The notes: generated by a model from the letters alone, not told the origin. A DNA stretch of 52,838 nt from an uncultured Candidatus Saccharibacteria bacterium (GCA_964592365.1 CAZQDL010000002.1:30080-82917), one strand, 5' to 3'. Shown: positions 1 through 9,580, numbered from the stretch's first letter. Numbers and translations: made by a program.

Positions 1-55
1 GTATACCAATACGCTATTACGTCATGTTGTTGAAACAGCAAAGCATATTGCATAA
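1..55 (+). CDS. gap: 3' end of a gene, probably glyceraldehyde-3-phosphate dehydrogenase (partial)
   Basis: Frame from nt 2 reads YTNTLLRHVVETAKHIA* (TAA 53-55). This resembles the tail after the GAPDH WYDNExGY motif, and the neighbours are sugar-phosphate genes. Only 17 codons are visible. Confidence 0.55.
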   Translation, partial: YTNTLLRHVVETAKHIA

Positions 56-57
56 TT

Positions 58-582
58 ATGAATGCTTCACCTCTGAAAACTAAAGGATTCACATTAATTG
101 AACTACTTGTGGTAGTAGCTATTATTGGAATACTTGCAACGGTGGTGCTTGCTTCACTTGGTTCTGCTCGAACACGTGCAAAAGATGCGAGAATAAGAAC
201 ACTCTTAAATCAGATGCGTGTTCAAGCCGAGGTGCAGTATCTTGAAAATGGTAATTATAACGATATTTGCGAAGCAACTTCTGATTCTGGAAAGTTATAT
301 CGACTAGCATATCAAGATGCTGGATCTCACAGTGCAAACAGTATTTGTAGAGATGAAAATTCGGTATATGGTCAACATACCCTAAACACAAGTAACCCAT
401 ATTCAAGTACACCAACTGGTACAGGTACCTTTCAAGGTTGGGCAGCTGAAATCAAATTGAATAATGGAAATTTCTGGTTTTGTATTGATGGAAATGGAAA
501 TATCATTGAAGCTGATACAGGGGCAGAGGCTACGGGTCGACAAAATCTTGAAACAAATAATACATGTGGAGATCAATTATAA
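58..582 (+). CDS. Type IV pilin-like protein (pilin 1)
   Basis: Class III signal KG|[24 protein letters not shown] with Glu5; C-terminal FWFCIDGNG motif and terminal Cys. Confidence 0.92.
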   Translation: MNASPLKTKGFTLIELLVVVAIIGILATVVLASLGSARTRAKDARIRTLLNQMRVQAEVQYLENGNYNDICEATSDSGKLYRLAYQDAGSHSANSICRDENSVYGQHTLNTSNPYSSTPTGTGTFQGWAAEIKLNNGNFWFCIDGNGNIIEADTGAEATGRQNLETNNTCGDQL

Positions 583-606
583 AAACCAGTAAAAAACTGG
601 TTTTTT
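581..606 (+). terminator. Intrinsic terminator after pilin 1
   Basis: AAAAACCAGT-aaaaa-ACTGGTTTTTT hairpin directly after the stop codon. Confidence 0.75.
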
Positions 607-632
607 GTTTATAATATCGTTACACTATGGAT

Positions 633-1100
633 ATGAACTACACAATACATTTAGCAACTGATCATGCTGGTTTTGAAATGAAAGAGTTTCTCAAAGATGC
701 TCTTCTTGAACTTGGATATACCATCATTGATCACGGTGCAGATATTTACGATGAGGATGATGATTACAATGATTACATATCACTTGCTGCACAAGCAGTA
801 GCAAATGGAGATGATGATCAACGTGCCATTATTTTTGGTGGCTCAGGACAAGGAGAAGCCATGATGGCAAATCGTTTTCCTGGAGTACGTGCAACAGTAT
901 ATTATCACTTTGATCCTGAGATTATTAAAGTATCTCGTGAACATAATAATGCGAATGTACTTTCTATCGGTGCACGTTTTCTCTCAGAAGAAGAACTTAT
1001 CGAATCAGTTCTCTTTTGGTTAGAGATGGAGTTTCCAGGCGAAGAGCGACATCAAAGACGTATTGAAAAATTAGATGCTTTTGAGCATGAAGAACAGTAA
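633..1100 (+). CDS. rpiB: Ribose-5-phosphate isomerase B (RpiB/LacAB family)
   Basis: ATDHAGFEMK, GGSGQGEAMMANR, SREHNNANVLSIGAR and RHQRRI motifs. Start 633 is preferred over 627 because TACACT lies 6 nt upstream. Confidence 0.93.
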   Translation: MNYTIHLATDHAGFEMKEFLKDALLELGYTIIDHGADIYDEDDDYNDYISLAAQAVANGDDDQRAIIFGGSGQGEAMMANRFPGVRATVYYHFDPEIIKVSREHNNANVLSIGARFLSEEELIESVLFWLEMEFPGEERHQRRIEKLDAFEHEEQ

Positions 1101-1101
1101 A

Positions 1102-1587
1102 ATGAGTTTAACAAAAGATTTTAAACATTATATTTTTCATCATACTGATTTAAGTGTCTCTGACCGTGAATATGTACATAGAATTTTTTCTCAGAGTCAT
1201 ATAAAGAAGACGGTACGTATTAGTCTAATTTTATTAACCTGGACATTCTTCGCTACCTTTTTCGATTCTGCGTTATTCAGCGGGGCTATTGTTGCTTCTG
1301 CGGTAACAGGAATACATGCAATTCACTTCCTTCCGAATTTCTTATTCTTGATGGTGAATTTAGCTGCAAAACTTCTATTCATTTCTTGGTTTGATTCTGA
1401 AAAAATACTTAATACAAAAGAAAGAATATTAGCATCTCTTCCAAGTATTGGTATTATTCTATTTTTAGGTTCTGTGTTTAAGAAAGAAAAAATATTCCTT
1501 AAAGCACTTCGTGGCTATTTAGGATATGTAAGAAAAAGAGGTATAAAATCTATTCTTTCATTGTTGAATATAAAAAACATCTCTTAG
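1102..1587 (+). CDS. Hypothetical membrane protein
   Basis: ORF starts 1 nt after the rpiB stop; 3-4 hydrophobic segments and a basic C-terminus; no recognised family. Confidence 0.7.
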   Translation: MSLTKDFKHYIFHHTDLSVSDREYVHRIFSQSHIKKTVRISLILLTWTFFATFFDSALFSGAIVASAVTGIHAIHFLPNFLFLMVNLAAKLLFISWFDSEKILNTKERILASLPSIGIILFLGSVFKKEKIFLKALRGYLGYVRKRGIKSILSLLNIKNIS

Positions 1588-2039
1588 GATGTTTTTTTGT
1601 TGAGGTAATCAAGAACTTCTTGAGGATGGGATAGGGGATTTACCTTAGGCCAATGCATCTCAATGTTTCCTTCAGGATTGATAAGAAATGATTCTCTGTT
1701 GATACCAATATACTTTTTACCAAACATAGATTTTTCTTTTAAGACACCATAAGCTTCTGCAATGTTTCCTTCAGGATCAAGTAATAGAGGGAAGGTAAGC
1801 TTGTGAGTATCACAAAATTTTTGATGACTTTCCTTGGTATCTTTTGAAATTCCAAGAATCTCACATTGATTATCAAGAAAATCAGAATAACGTTCCTGAA
1901 ATCCTAATGCTTCAATGGTACATCCAGGTGTACTATCTTTTGGATAAAAATAGAGAAGAACATATTGACCTAGATATTTTGTTAAGGATTGTTGGTTACC
2001 TAGATTATCTAAGGTGTTGAATGATGGTGCTTTATTCAT
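1584..2039 (-). CDS. bcp: Peroxiredoxin, Bcp/PrxQ family
   Basis: LYFYPKDSTPGCTIEA active-site motif, GISKD, FPLLLD, RESFLINPEG. Likely start is MNKAPSF at 2039. Confidence 0.92.
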   Translation of the reverse strand: MNKAPSFNTLDNLGNQQSLTKYLGQYVLLYFYPKDSTPGCTIEALGFQERYSDFLDNQCEILGISKDTKESHQKFCDTHKLTFPLLLDPEGNIAEAYGVLKEKSMFGKKYIGINRESFLINPEGNIEMHWPKVNPLSHPQEVLDYLNKKTS

Positions 2040-2856
2040 ATGTTTCAGAACTAACCATATCACATTGTAGTAATTCAGATCCAAATAACGGACTAATATA
2101 TACCATTCCAGCGAATGTTGAAAAAGCTGTTGCAGGAGAATCAATTATATTAATGTAATCCTTACAAACAGGTAAATCTGGATTATCAATACATTTTCGA
2201 AAATCTATATCCTCTGTTACTTCACATATGATATTAAAGAATCCTTCCTCATTACTATTCTCTACCCCGACAAAACATTTTCCATTTTCATTTTTAGTGA
2301 ATTGTTTCATTACTGTATCATCTTCAGTAAGTACTGTAATTTCAGCATCTTTACACCCATTAACAAAGGCATCACCTATACATTGATATTGTTGCACACT
2401 TCCATAGTCTGGCATTGATGAATTTGATGTCGCGCTTCCTGTTACTTCACCCTGGTCATTTTTGAGTTCAGTTGTTTCAGTTTCTTGAATATAATTCAAA
2501 TTTTTCATATCAAATTCTCCACAATTAAGGGCTCCTTTTGACGAAAGAGAAATATTTTCATTACTGTGTTTTATCTTAATATCTTCTTGTTTTGCTGGAA
2601 CGCTAATTTCTTCTTCTATCTTAGTATTCTCCTGAGAATTTGTTACTTCATATACTTCATTTTCTTCAGCTTTATATGTTTCTGAAATCGGTTCAACATC
2701 AAAAATATCATTCTCTGGATTTTCAGGTGGAATAACAAAGTTTTTAATTTCCTGGCTAACTATTGAAGTAAGACTTTGTTCTCCTTCTAATACATAAGTA
2801 TTTACCCCGTATGCTGCAGCTATGATAAGGAGGGTAGTAAAAATAATTGTTTTCAT
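2032..2856 (-). CDS. Hypothetical secreted or membrane-anchored acidic, Cys-rich protein
   Basis: N-terminal hydrophobic signal MKTIIFTTLLIIAAAYGV, Glu-rich linker, 8 Cys in the C-terminal half. Confidence 0.75.
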   Translation of the reverse strand: MKTIIFTTLLIIAAAYGVNTYVLEGEQSLTSIVSQEIKNFVIPPENPENDIFDVEPISETYKAEENEVYEVTNSQENTKIEEEISVPAKQEDIKIKHSNENISLSSKGALNCGEFDMKNLNYIQETETTELKNDQGEVTGSATSNSSMPDYGSVQQYQCIGDAFVNGCKDAEITVLTEDDTVMKQFTKNENGKCFVGVENSNEEGFFNIICEVTEDIDFRKCIDNPDLPVCKDYINIIDSPATAFSTFAGMVYISPLFGSELLQCDMVSSETYE

Positions 2857-2858
2857 AG

Positions 2859-3518
2859 TTATTCTGTAGTTTGATATCTATTAATAGCTTCTTGAACATG
2901 ATCTAGTATTGCTCCGCCTAAACTCGGTTCTGTAAAATCAACAATATACTTCCTAGTATCTTCAGGTAGCGCCATCACCGTTATGTTATTTTCTTCAAAC
3001 CAAATAGGGTTATATACCTGAATATTTCTTGATTGAAATACTCGCATCTCACCTTCTTTTTCCTGAACATAAAGACGATATGATATTCTCGTTATGTTAT
3101 TTTCTCGGGTAGTAATTTGTTCATAGGCAAGAGGAACGGTTGGAATTACTACTCCTTCTTCATATATTTTCTTTTTACCTAGTACAGGGATAATGAATGC
3201 AGGTTTTATCAGATTAAATTCCAAATCAACAAAGTAAGTATCTTCATCATTTCCTAAATACACAGTAAAGGTTTTGTTTCGTAACCATGATTCAGAAAAA
3301 CGATATTTAGTTCGATCACTTTTGAATATACGTCCATCTTCTGTTTGAACATACACAATATCACGAAAATCTTCTTGCTGTTCTAGTCTCACAAATTTTG
3401 CAGTGAGAGTGATATTTCCTTTTCTCAGATTATTAATGGTACTGTTTCGTATTATTTTTTTTATACCAAAAAAAAGAATTACAGTGATAATTAAAATTAA
3501 AATAATGAATACTTCCAT
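2859..3518 (-). CDS. Hypothetical membrane-anchored protein with two similar beta-rich halves
   Basis: N-terminal TM helix. YVQTEDGRIFKS..TFTVY..TYFVDL resembles YVQEKEGEMRVFQS..NITVM..KYIVDF. Start 3518 has TGATATCAT 7 nt upstream. Confidence 0.7.
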   Translation of the reverse strand: MEVFIILILIITVILFFGIKKIIRNSTINNLRKGNITLTAKFVRLEQQEDFRDIVYVQTEDGRIFKSDRTKYRFSESWLRNKTFTVYLGNDEDTYFVDLEFNLIKPAFIIPVLGKKKIYEEGVVIPTVPLAYEQITTRENNITRISYRLYVQEKEGEMRVFQSRNIQVYNPIWFEENNITVMALPEDTRKYIVDFTEPSLGGAILDHVQEAINRYQTTE

Positions 3519-3566
3519 GTAATACATGATATCACGAATATTCACATAGTTTGATATACTATATCT

Positions 3567-4259
3567 ATGCAGAAAGAAATTATTCCGGCAGTTATGCCGT
3601 CATCAATACATGATATTGAATCAGCAGCTATTTCAGTGAGGCATGTAGCACAAACCATACAACTTGATCTTATGGATGGAAAGTATGTACCTGAAAGTAC
3701 TTGGCCTTTTACCACTATGGGTAATCATGATCTTGAAATGGCAAAGAAGGGTGATTTTGAATTAGCACTTTGGGAAGAACTTAACTACGAACTTGATCTT
3801 ATGGTTGCAAAACCTGAAGAAGATCTAGAAACCTATATTTCTCTTGGAGCGTCAAGAATCATCTTTCATTTTGGATCAGTTCATCGTTGGGACAATATCC
3901 AGAATCTTGATCCTGTAACACGTAGTTTTCTTGAGATTGGAGTTGCGGTAACCATATATGATGATTTAGATAAAGTCTTTCCCCTTATTGAAAACAAGGT
4001 TGTTGATTTCATTCAGGTAATGGGAATAGCTCGTATTGGATTTCAGGGGGAACCTTTTGAACCAAAATGCTTAGCATTGATTCATCGTATTAAAGAACAA
4101 TACCCTGAACTTCCAATAAGTATTGATGGAGGTGTAAGTGAAGATACAATACCTCTACTTAATGAAGCTGGAGTAACTCGATTCGTATCAGGTTCAGGAG
4201 TATTTGGATATGGTATGGCTGATGAGAATGTTGAATATTTCTATACACTCGTGGAATAA
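3567..4259 (+). CDS. rpe: Ribulose-phosphate 3-epimerase
   Basis: IIPAVM, QLDLMDGKYVP, ELDLMV, QVMGIARIGFQG, ISIDGGVS and FVSGS motifs. Confidence 0.9.
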   Translation: MQKEIIPAVMPSSIHDIESAAISVRHVAQTIQLDLMDGKYVPESTWPFTTMGNHDLEMAKKGDFELALWEELNYELDLMVAKPEEDLETYISLGASRIIFHFGSVHRWDNIQNLDPVTRSFLEIGVAVTIYDDLDKVFPLIENKVVDFIQVMGIARIGFQGEPFEPKCLALIHRIKEQYPELPISIDGGVSEDTIPLLNEAGVTRFVSGSGVFGYGMADENVEYFYTLVE

Positions 4260-4290
4260 CATAAAAAGCTCGTTTGAGCTTTTTATGTTA
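4257..4290. terminator. Bidirectional terminator between rpe and trhO
   Basis: TAACATAAAAAGCTC-gttt-GAGCTTTTTATGTTA, 15-bp stem between convergent genes. Confidence 0.8.
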
Positions 4291-5257
4291 CCCCAACCAT
4301 TTCTCTACATGTTTGACTACATGTTTCTTGTGTCTTTTCTCTACAATCATCGCATTGTAGAAATAACTTATTACATTGAGTATGTGAACAGTTGATATGA
4401 AGATCACAAGGAGCACCACAATCTTCACATGAGCTGATAATATCACCTGAAATTTGTTCCCTTGTTCTTCCATCGAATACAAAGTTTGCTCCGATAAACT
4501 TATTCTCTAAACCTTCTTGTTCTACTTGATGCTTGTATCCAATAATTCCTCCATAAAGTTGATGGACTTTCTTGAAACCTTTTGATTTTAGGTAGGCTGA
4601 TGCCTTCTCACATCGAATTCCTCCAGTACAGTAAAGAAGAACGTTCGCATCTTCTTTTCCTTTAAGTGTTGATACTACTTCAGGAAGTTCTTCTCTGAAA
4701 GTTTTTACTTGTGGAGTAATAGCATTTTTGAAATGACCAATATCAGATTCATATGCATTTCTCATATCAACGACGATACTATCTTCAGCATCCATTGCTT
4801 CGTTAAATGAGCGAGCATCAAGGTGAGTCCCTACATTTGAAATATCATAATCATCGATATTTAGTCCGTCTGCAACAATCTGTCTTTTTACCTTTATATG
4901 TAATTTCCAAAAAGATTCTCCTTGATCTATTCCGATTTTGAAGGGAACATCTTTAAAGAAGGTAATGGAATTAAGATATTCCTTAAACTTTTCAAAATTA
5001 TGTTCAGGGATAGACATCTGAGCATTGATTCCTTCTTGGGCAAGGTATATTCTTCCAAGACATCCAAGACCTTCAAAATCTAAGTACAGAGTATCCCTAA
5101 GATCATGTACTTCATCTGAAGTACCTAGATTAATATATTTATAAAAAGAGATGGTAATCCTTTTGAAATGTTCTGAACGAAGTTTTTCTATAGCCTCTTC
5201 TCTTGAAAGACGATTTAACAGCCACCGATCTTCTTTTTTTGTAGGTCTTTGTTGCAT
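4283..5257 (-). CDS. trhO: tRNA uridine(34) hydroxylase TrhO / UPF0176 rhodanese-domain protein
   Basis: GRIYLAQEGINAQ, DMRNAYESDIGHF, LYCTGGIRCEKAS, GANFVFDGR and C-terminal Cys cluster. Start 5257 (TACGAT 6 nt upstream) or 5275. Confidence 0.9.
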   Translation of the reverse strand: MQQRPTKKEDRWLLNRLSREEAIEKLRSEHFKRITISFYKYINLGTSDEVHDLRDTLYLDFEGLGCLGRIYLAQEGINAQMSIPEHNFEKFKEYLNSITFFKDVPFKIGIDQGESFWKLHIKVKRQIVADGLNIDDYDISNVGTHLDARSFNEAMDAEDSIVVDMRNAYESDIGHFKNAITPQVKTFREELPEVVSTLKGKEDANVLLYCTGGIRCEKASAYLKSKGFKKVHQLYGGIIGYKHQVEQEGLENKFIGANFVFDGRTREQISGDIISSCEDCGAPCDLHINCSHTQCNKLFLQCDDCREKTQETCSQTCREMVGVT

Positions 5258-5351
5258 TGTTAAATCGTATCGCATGTACCATATTTTTCAACATAAATGC
5301 CACAACGTTTGATTATGAGCATATCATTCTTTGATTTGGTATACTAGATGT

Positions 5352-6206
5352 ATGACAGATCAACAGTTACAAAGTCTTCAATTGAAGGCGAACGATATTC
5401 GTATATCAATAATAGATATGCTTGAGGATGCAGGGTCAGGACATACTGCAGGACCTCTTGGTATGGCTGATATATTTAGTGCCTTTTATTTTCATATTTT
5501 ACATCATGATCCAAAAAATCCTGATTATGAAGATAGGGATAGATTAATTCTTTCAAATGGTCATATTGTTCCTGTACGATATGCAGCTATGGCTCATGCT
5601 TCATATTTTCCATTAGAAGAACTCTCTACATTACGAAAATTTGGTTCACGATTACAGGGGCACCCTGAACGTCATGCACTTCCTGGAGTTGAAAATACTT
5701 CAGGTCCTTTAGGTACAGGTTTAGGGCAATCTGCAGGAATAGCTTATGCTGCACGCATGGATGGCAAAAAGTTCCATACTTTTTGTTTAACAGGAGATGG
5801 GGAATTGAACTGTGGAAATATTTGGGAATCAGCAATGTTTGCTTCACATCATAATCTTTCAAACCTTACCGTTGTGGTTGATAGGAATAACATTCAGATT
5901 AATGGAACAACTGAAAGAACTATGAGATTAGAACCATTGGCTGATAAATGGAAATCTTTTGGTTGGCATGTTATTGAGGTTGATGGTCATAACATTGAAG
6001 CTTTTGTAGATGCTGTAAATCAAGCAAAAGCAATTCAAGAAAAACCAACCTGCATTATCGCTCACACTATTCCTGGAAAGGGAATATCTGAAATTGAAAA
6101 TGAATACGAATGGCATGGGAAACCACCAAGTACAGAAGAAGAGCAAAGATTTTTGAAAGAATTAAGAAGCCTGCGAGGTAGGATAGAAGCAGGACATACA
6201 GATTAA
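5352..6206 (+). CDS. tkt: Transketolase N-terminal (TPP-binding) subunit
   Basis: GSGHTAG, DRDRLILSNGH, LQGHP, SGPLGTG, GDGELNCG and HTIPGKG motifs. Confidence 0.95.
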   Translation: MTDQQLQSLQLKANDIRISIIDMLEDAGSGHTAGPLGMADIFSAFYFHILHHDPKNPDYEDRDRLILSNGHIVPVRYAAMAHASYFPLEELSTLRKFGSRLQGHPERHALPGVENTSGPLGTGLGQSAGIAYAARMDGKKFHTFCLTGDGELNCGNIWESAMFASHHNLSNLTVVVDRNNIQINGTTERTMRLEPLADKWKSFGWHVIEVDGHNIEAFVDAVNQAKAIQEKPTCIIAHTIPGKGISEIENEYEWHGKPPSTEEEQRFLKELRSLRGRIEAGHTD

Positions 6207-6207
6207 T

Positions 6208-7191
6208 ATGATACATAAAGAATTAGCGTTACATCCTCAGATTTTCAATACTGAGATGTTAGAAAAAAAAGCAACACGAGATGGATATGGAAGAGGTTTA
6301 GTTGAAGCAGGAAAGCGAAATGACAAGGTTGTTGCATTATGTGCAGATCTTGCTGAATCAACAAGAGCTTTATGGTTTAAAGAAGCATTCCCTAATCGAT
6401 ATATTGAACTTGGAGTTGCTGAGCAAAATCTAGCAGCAGTTGGTTCTGGTATGGCTAACTATGGGAAAATACCATTTATCATGTCATATGCAGCATTTTC
6501 ACCTGGAAGAAATTGGGAACAAATTCGTTCAACTATTTGTTTAAATAATGTACCTGTGAAAATTATTGGATCGCATGCAGGGGTGTCAGTTGGTCCAGAT
6601 GGAGCAACCCATCAAGCCTTAGAAGATATTGCTCTTACTCGAGTACTACCAAATATGACTGTGGTTGTTCCTGCTGATGATGAACAGGCATACAAGGCAA
6701 CACTTGCAATAGCAGAAAATGGGAAACCCACATATCTTCGATTGGCACGTGCAAATACTCCAGTATTTACTACAAACTTAACTCCATTTGAAATTGGAAA
6801 GAGTCAGTTGGTATATGACAATCCTGAAGCAACTATTGGAATTATCGCTTGTGGTTCACTTGTATATCAATCAATCCTTGCAGCAGAATCTTTACAACAA
6901 GAAGGAATACATGTTTCTGTTTTAAATTTACATACGATAAAACCAATTGATGTTGAAGGTATCGTATCATTTGCTACTCATATGAAACATATTGTTACGG
7001 CCGAAGAGCATCAAATTAATGGGGGAATGGGTTCAGCTGTAGCTGAAGTACTATCACAACATAAGCCAAAGAAAATGTCATATATCGGAATGCATGACAG
7101 GTATGGAGAATCAGGAAGTCCTGATGAACTACTTAAGTATTTTGGTATGACAAAGGATGGAATTATTGAGCATATTAAAAACGAAGCCTAG
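6208..7191 (+). CDS. tkt: Transketolase C-terminal subunit
   Basis: GVAEQN, VGPDGATHQALEDIA, TIKPID, EEHQINGGMGSAV motifs; directly follows the N-terminal subunit. Confidence 0.95.
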   Translation: MIHKELALHPQIFNTEMLEKKATRDGYGRGLVEAGKRNDKVVALCADLAESTRALWFKEAFPNRYIELGVAEQNLAAVGSGMANYGKIPFIMSYAAFSPGRNWEQIRSTICLNNVPVKIIGSHAGVSVGPDGATHQALEDIALTRVLPNMTVVVPADDEQAYKATLAIAENGKPTYLRLARANTPVFTTNLTPFEIGKSQLVYDNPEATIGIIACGSLVYQSILAAESLQQEGIHVSVLNLHTIKPIDVEGIVSFATHMKHIVTAEEHQINGGMGSAVAEVLSQHKPKKMSYIGMHDRYGESGSPDELLKYFGMTKDGIIEHIKNEA

Positions 7192-7208
7192 GCTTCGTTT
7201 TTAATATG
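7171..7208. repeat. Perfect 38-bp palindrome / terminator; left copy of a 26-bp direct repeat (7177-7202)
   Basis: CATATTAAAAACGAAGCCT|AGGCTTCGTTTTTAATATG with no loop; it contains the tkt stop codon. Confidence 0.92.
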
Positions 7209-7229
7209 ATTTTTGATATACTTCCTCGT

Positions 7230-7694
7230 ATGAAACCAAAAGGATTCACCTTAATTGAATTATTGGTAGTAGTAGCTATTATTGGAATACTTGCAACGAT
7301 AGTATTAGCATCGCTAGCAGATGCACGAACTAGAGCACAGGTAGCTCGAGCAAGAGCTGAAATGAGAGAAATATATACCCTCATGGATACTGCTCGCATT
7401 TTTGAAGGTACAACATTAATGGGAGTAACAGGTTCAGGGTGTACTCATTGTAGTAATGCCTGGAATACCTCAATTGATAGGATAGTAACTAAAGCTGATC
7501 CTACCGCTACAGATGGTTCACGATTCTATACTGATGTTTGGGGTAGCCCATATTATCTTGATGAAAACGAAGGTGAAATTACCACAAACCTTTGTAGAGT
7601 AGATGGATTCAGGTCTCGTGGACCTGATAAGGCATTAAGTACCACAGACGATATCTCTTATCCGATACCTTTTTCACTACCACAATGTCTCTAA
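7230..7694 (+). CDS. Type IV pilin / GspG-like pseudopilin (pilin 2)
   Basis: KG|[24 protein letters not shown]; DVWGSPYY and SRGPDK resemble the GspG DPWGxPY..SxGPDG motifs. TGATATACT lies 7 nt before ATG 7230. Confidence 0.9.
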   Translation: MKPKGFTLIELLVVVAIIGILATIVLASLADARTRAQVARARAEMREIYTLMDTARIFEGTTLMGVTGSGCTHCSNAWNTSIDRIVTKADPTATDGSRFYTDVWGSPYYLDENEGEITTNLCRVDGFRSRGPDKALSTTDDISYPIPFSLPQCL

Positions 7695-8221
7695 CATCAA
7701 AAACAAAAGGATTTACTCTCATTGAACTACTCGTAGTAGTAGCCATCATTGGAATATTGGCAACCGTGGTGTTGGCATCACTTGGAAGTGCACGGGAAAG
7801 AGCCCAAGATGCAAAGATTAAGGCACTTATGAATCAAATGAGAGTCCAAGCTGAACTTTTCCAATTGGAATATGGATCTTTTCATGGAACACAAACTTCA
7901 GGACAGTATGATGATTCAATAAATGAATGTTTGTTTTCTAAATTTGATACTACTGTTTTTGATGATGGAACCGCAAGGAGTATTAGTCCGCTTGTAGCTC
8001 AAGTCACAGGAATTACCAGCAGGATGACAGTGCGAATTAGATGTGCCGTGGGAGGGAGTATAGCAGACAGCTGGGCATTTAGTGCTCCTTTGTTTAATCC
8101 AGCTTCAGGAACTACCGGTTGGTGTGTTGATAGCTCTGGAAATTCAAAGGCAGTGAATATTGATTTTACAACATTTGGGCAAGAGCTTGGAATACCTCCT
8201 GCATTAGTAGATTGTCCATAA
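7685..8221 (+). CDS. Type IV pilin-like protein (pilin 3)
   Basis: KG|[24 protein letters not shown]; WCVDSSG motif; terminal Cys; overlaps pilin 2 by 10 nt. Confidence 0.92.
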   Translation: MSLTSKTKGFTLIELLVVVAIIGILATVVLASLGSARERAQDAKIKALMNQMRVQAELFQLEYGSFHGTQTSGQYDDSINECLFSKFDTTVFDDGTARSISPLVAQVTGITSRMTVRIRCAVGGSIADSWAFSAPLFNPASGTTGWCVDSSGNSKAVNIDFTTFGQELGIPPALVDCP

Positions 8222-8247
8222 AAAAACGAAGCTTAGGCTTCGTTTTT
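8222..8247. repeat. Right copy of the 26-bp palindromic direct repeat / bidirectional terminator
   Basis: AAAAACGAAGCTTAGGCTTCGTTTTT versus AAAAACGAAGCCTAGGCTTCGTTTTT at 7177-7202 (25/26 identical). Confidence 0.92.
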
Positions 8248-8529
8248 GCTTTCTGGTTCAAACAATCCTTGATAGTCAATTTTTGATCCAGAATTTTTAA
8301 GAAAAGTTTTTAGTTCATCTTCTAGATATTCAATTTTTGAAATGAGAACTTTTTGAGCTTCTTGGTTTTCTTCTAGCTTAAGAACTTCCTGAGTCAAATC
8401 GTCTATCTCCTGGGTAAATTCTTTGTAGGTAGCAAAGATTTCTCGTTCCACTTCAGATTTGTTTAACAACATCATTGTTTCTATTTCCTTCCTTGATTGT
8501 AATTGTTCTAAATTAGGTATTGATTCCAT
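8233..8529 (-). CDS. Hypothetical acidic coiled-coil protein
   Basis: ORF begins 4 nt after the pfkB stop; Glu/Leu-rich heptad pattern; ends in KNEA*. Confidence 0.65.
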   Translation of the reverse strand: MESIPNLEQLQSRKEIETMMLLNKSEVEREIFATYKEFTQEIDDLTQEVLKLEENQEAQKVLISKIEYLEDELKTFLKNSGSKIDYQGLFEPESKNEA

Positions 8530-8533
8530 ATTA

Positions 8534-9535
8534 TTATATTTTTTGAGCAACATAATGCTCTGGTTTATTTCTAAGAAAATCTTCTAATTGTTCTTTTGTT
8601 AAAAGACCTTCTTGGGCTCCTATATATTGTACTACATTCATGGAATTAATTGGTCCCCATGACAGTGCTTCTTCTACAGATTTCCCAGCTGCGATTGCTG
8701 CTGTGAAGGTTGAAGAAAACGAGTCTCCAGCACCAGTTCTTTCAACAGGAGGTTTTGGATCAGGGTAAATAGGGTGGAACCAATATTGATCGGTATATGA
8801 ATCATATGCATACGCACCATCTGGTCCATCAGTAACACATACAATTTTTGGTCCAAATGCATGAATGTTTTTCATAAGAACTTTTACATCAGTTTCTTCT
8901 GTATCAAGAATTTTTTGTGCTTCTTCTACGTTACAAAAAAATATTTCTGTAGCCTCATATACATTTTTAAGCTTTTCAGGTCCAAGATTAATTTGAAATG
9001 TTCCAGGTTGAAATGCCATATTAATTCCATGTTCTTTCACCCATGCTGCAATATCTTGATGGTACTGCATAGAATTTTCTCCTACTGAACTGAAGTATAC
9101 CCAAGATGGTACTACTTCTTGTACTTGTTTCTTCAAGTCATAGCTATATTCCTCATGTTTGATAAGGATAGTACGTTCTGCTTGAAAAGAGAGAACATAG
9201 TGATAGTTAGTTGTTTTTCCTTCTTCGGTGGTTACCAATGAAGTATCAACACCTTGTTCTGTAAGAGCATCTAAACACTCTTTTCCAAAATCATCATCTC
9301 CTACGTGAGTCATAACGGCTGAATGAAGACCTAATCGTGCTGCTGATACTGAAGCATTAGGAGCATTTCCTACAGCCTTCACCACCTTCACACTTTCGTA
9401 TGGAAGTTTTTCTCCAAAACGCATTTCAAGCATAGTAACTCCGTTTTCTACTTCAATTTCTGCTTCCTTTAATTTGATAAAAGCATCAATGACAATATCT
9501 CCAATGGCTAAAAAATCAATTTTTGAATTATTCAT
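8534..9535 (-). CDS. PfkB/ribokinase-family carbohydrate kinase
   Basis: GNAPNASVSAARLG, VGDDDFG, VTDGPDGA and ERTGAGDSF (PfkB anion hole) motifs. Confidence 0.92.
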   Translation of the reverse strand: MNNSKIDFLAIGDIVIDAFIKLKEAEIEVENGVTMLEMRFGEKLPYESVKVVKAVGNAPNASVSAARLGLHSAVMTHVGDDDFGKECLDALTEQGVDTSLVTTEEGKTTNYHYVLSFQAERTILIKHEEYSYDLKKQVQEVVPSWVYFSSVGENSMQYHQDIAAWVKEHGINMAFQPGTFQINLGPEKLKNVYEATEIFFCNVEEAQKILDTEETDVKVLMKNIHAFGPKIVCVTDGPDGAYAYDSYTDQYWFHPIYPDPKPPVERTGAGDSFSSTFTAAIAAGKSVEEALSWGPINSMNVVQYIGAQEGLLTKEQLEDFLRNKPEHYVAQKI

Positions 9536-9544
9536 ATGTTTTCA

Positions 9545-9573
9545 AGTATATCACATGAGGTATGTGATATACT
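9545..9573. promoter_or_regulatory. Symmetric back-to-back extended -10 promoters for pfkB and fba
   Basis: AGTATATCACAT-gaggt-ATGTGATATACT is a perfect 12-bp inverted repeat; each arm reads TGTGATATACT toward its gene. Confidence 0.7.
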
Positions 9574-9580
9574 GTTTTGT

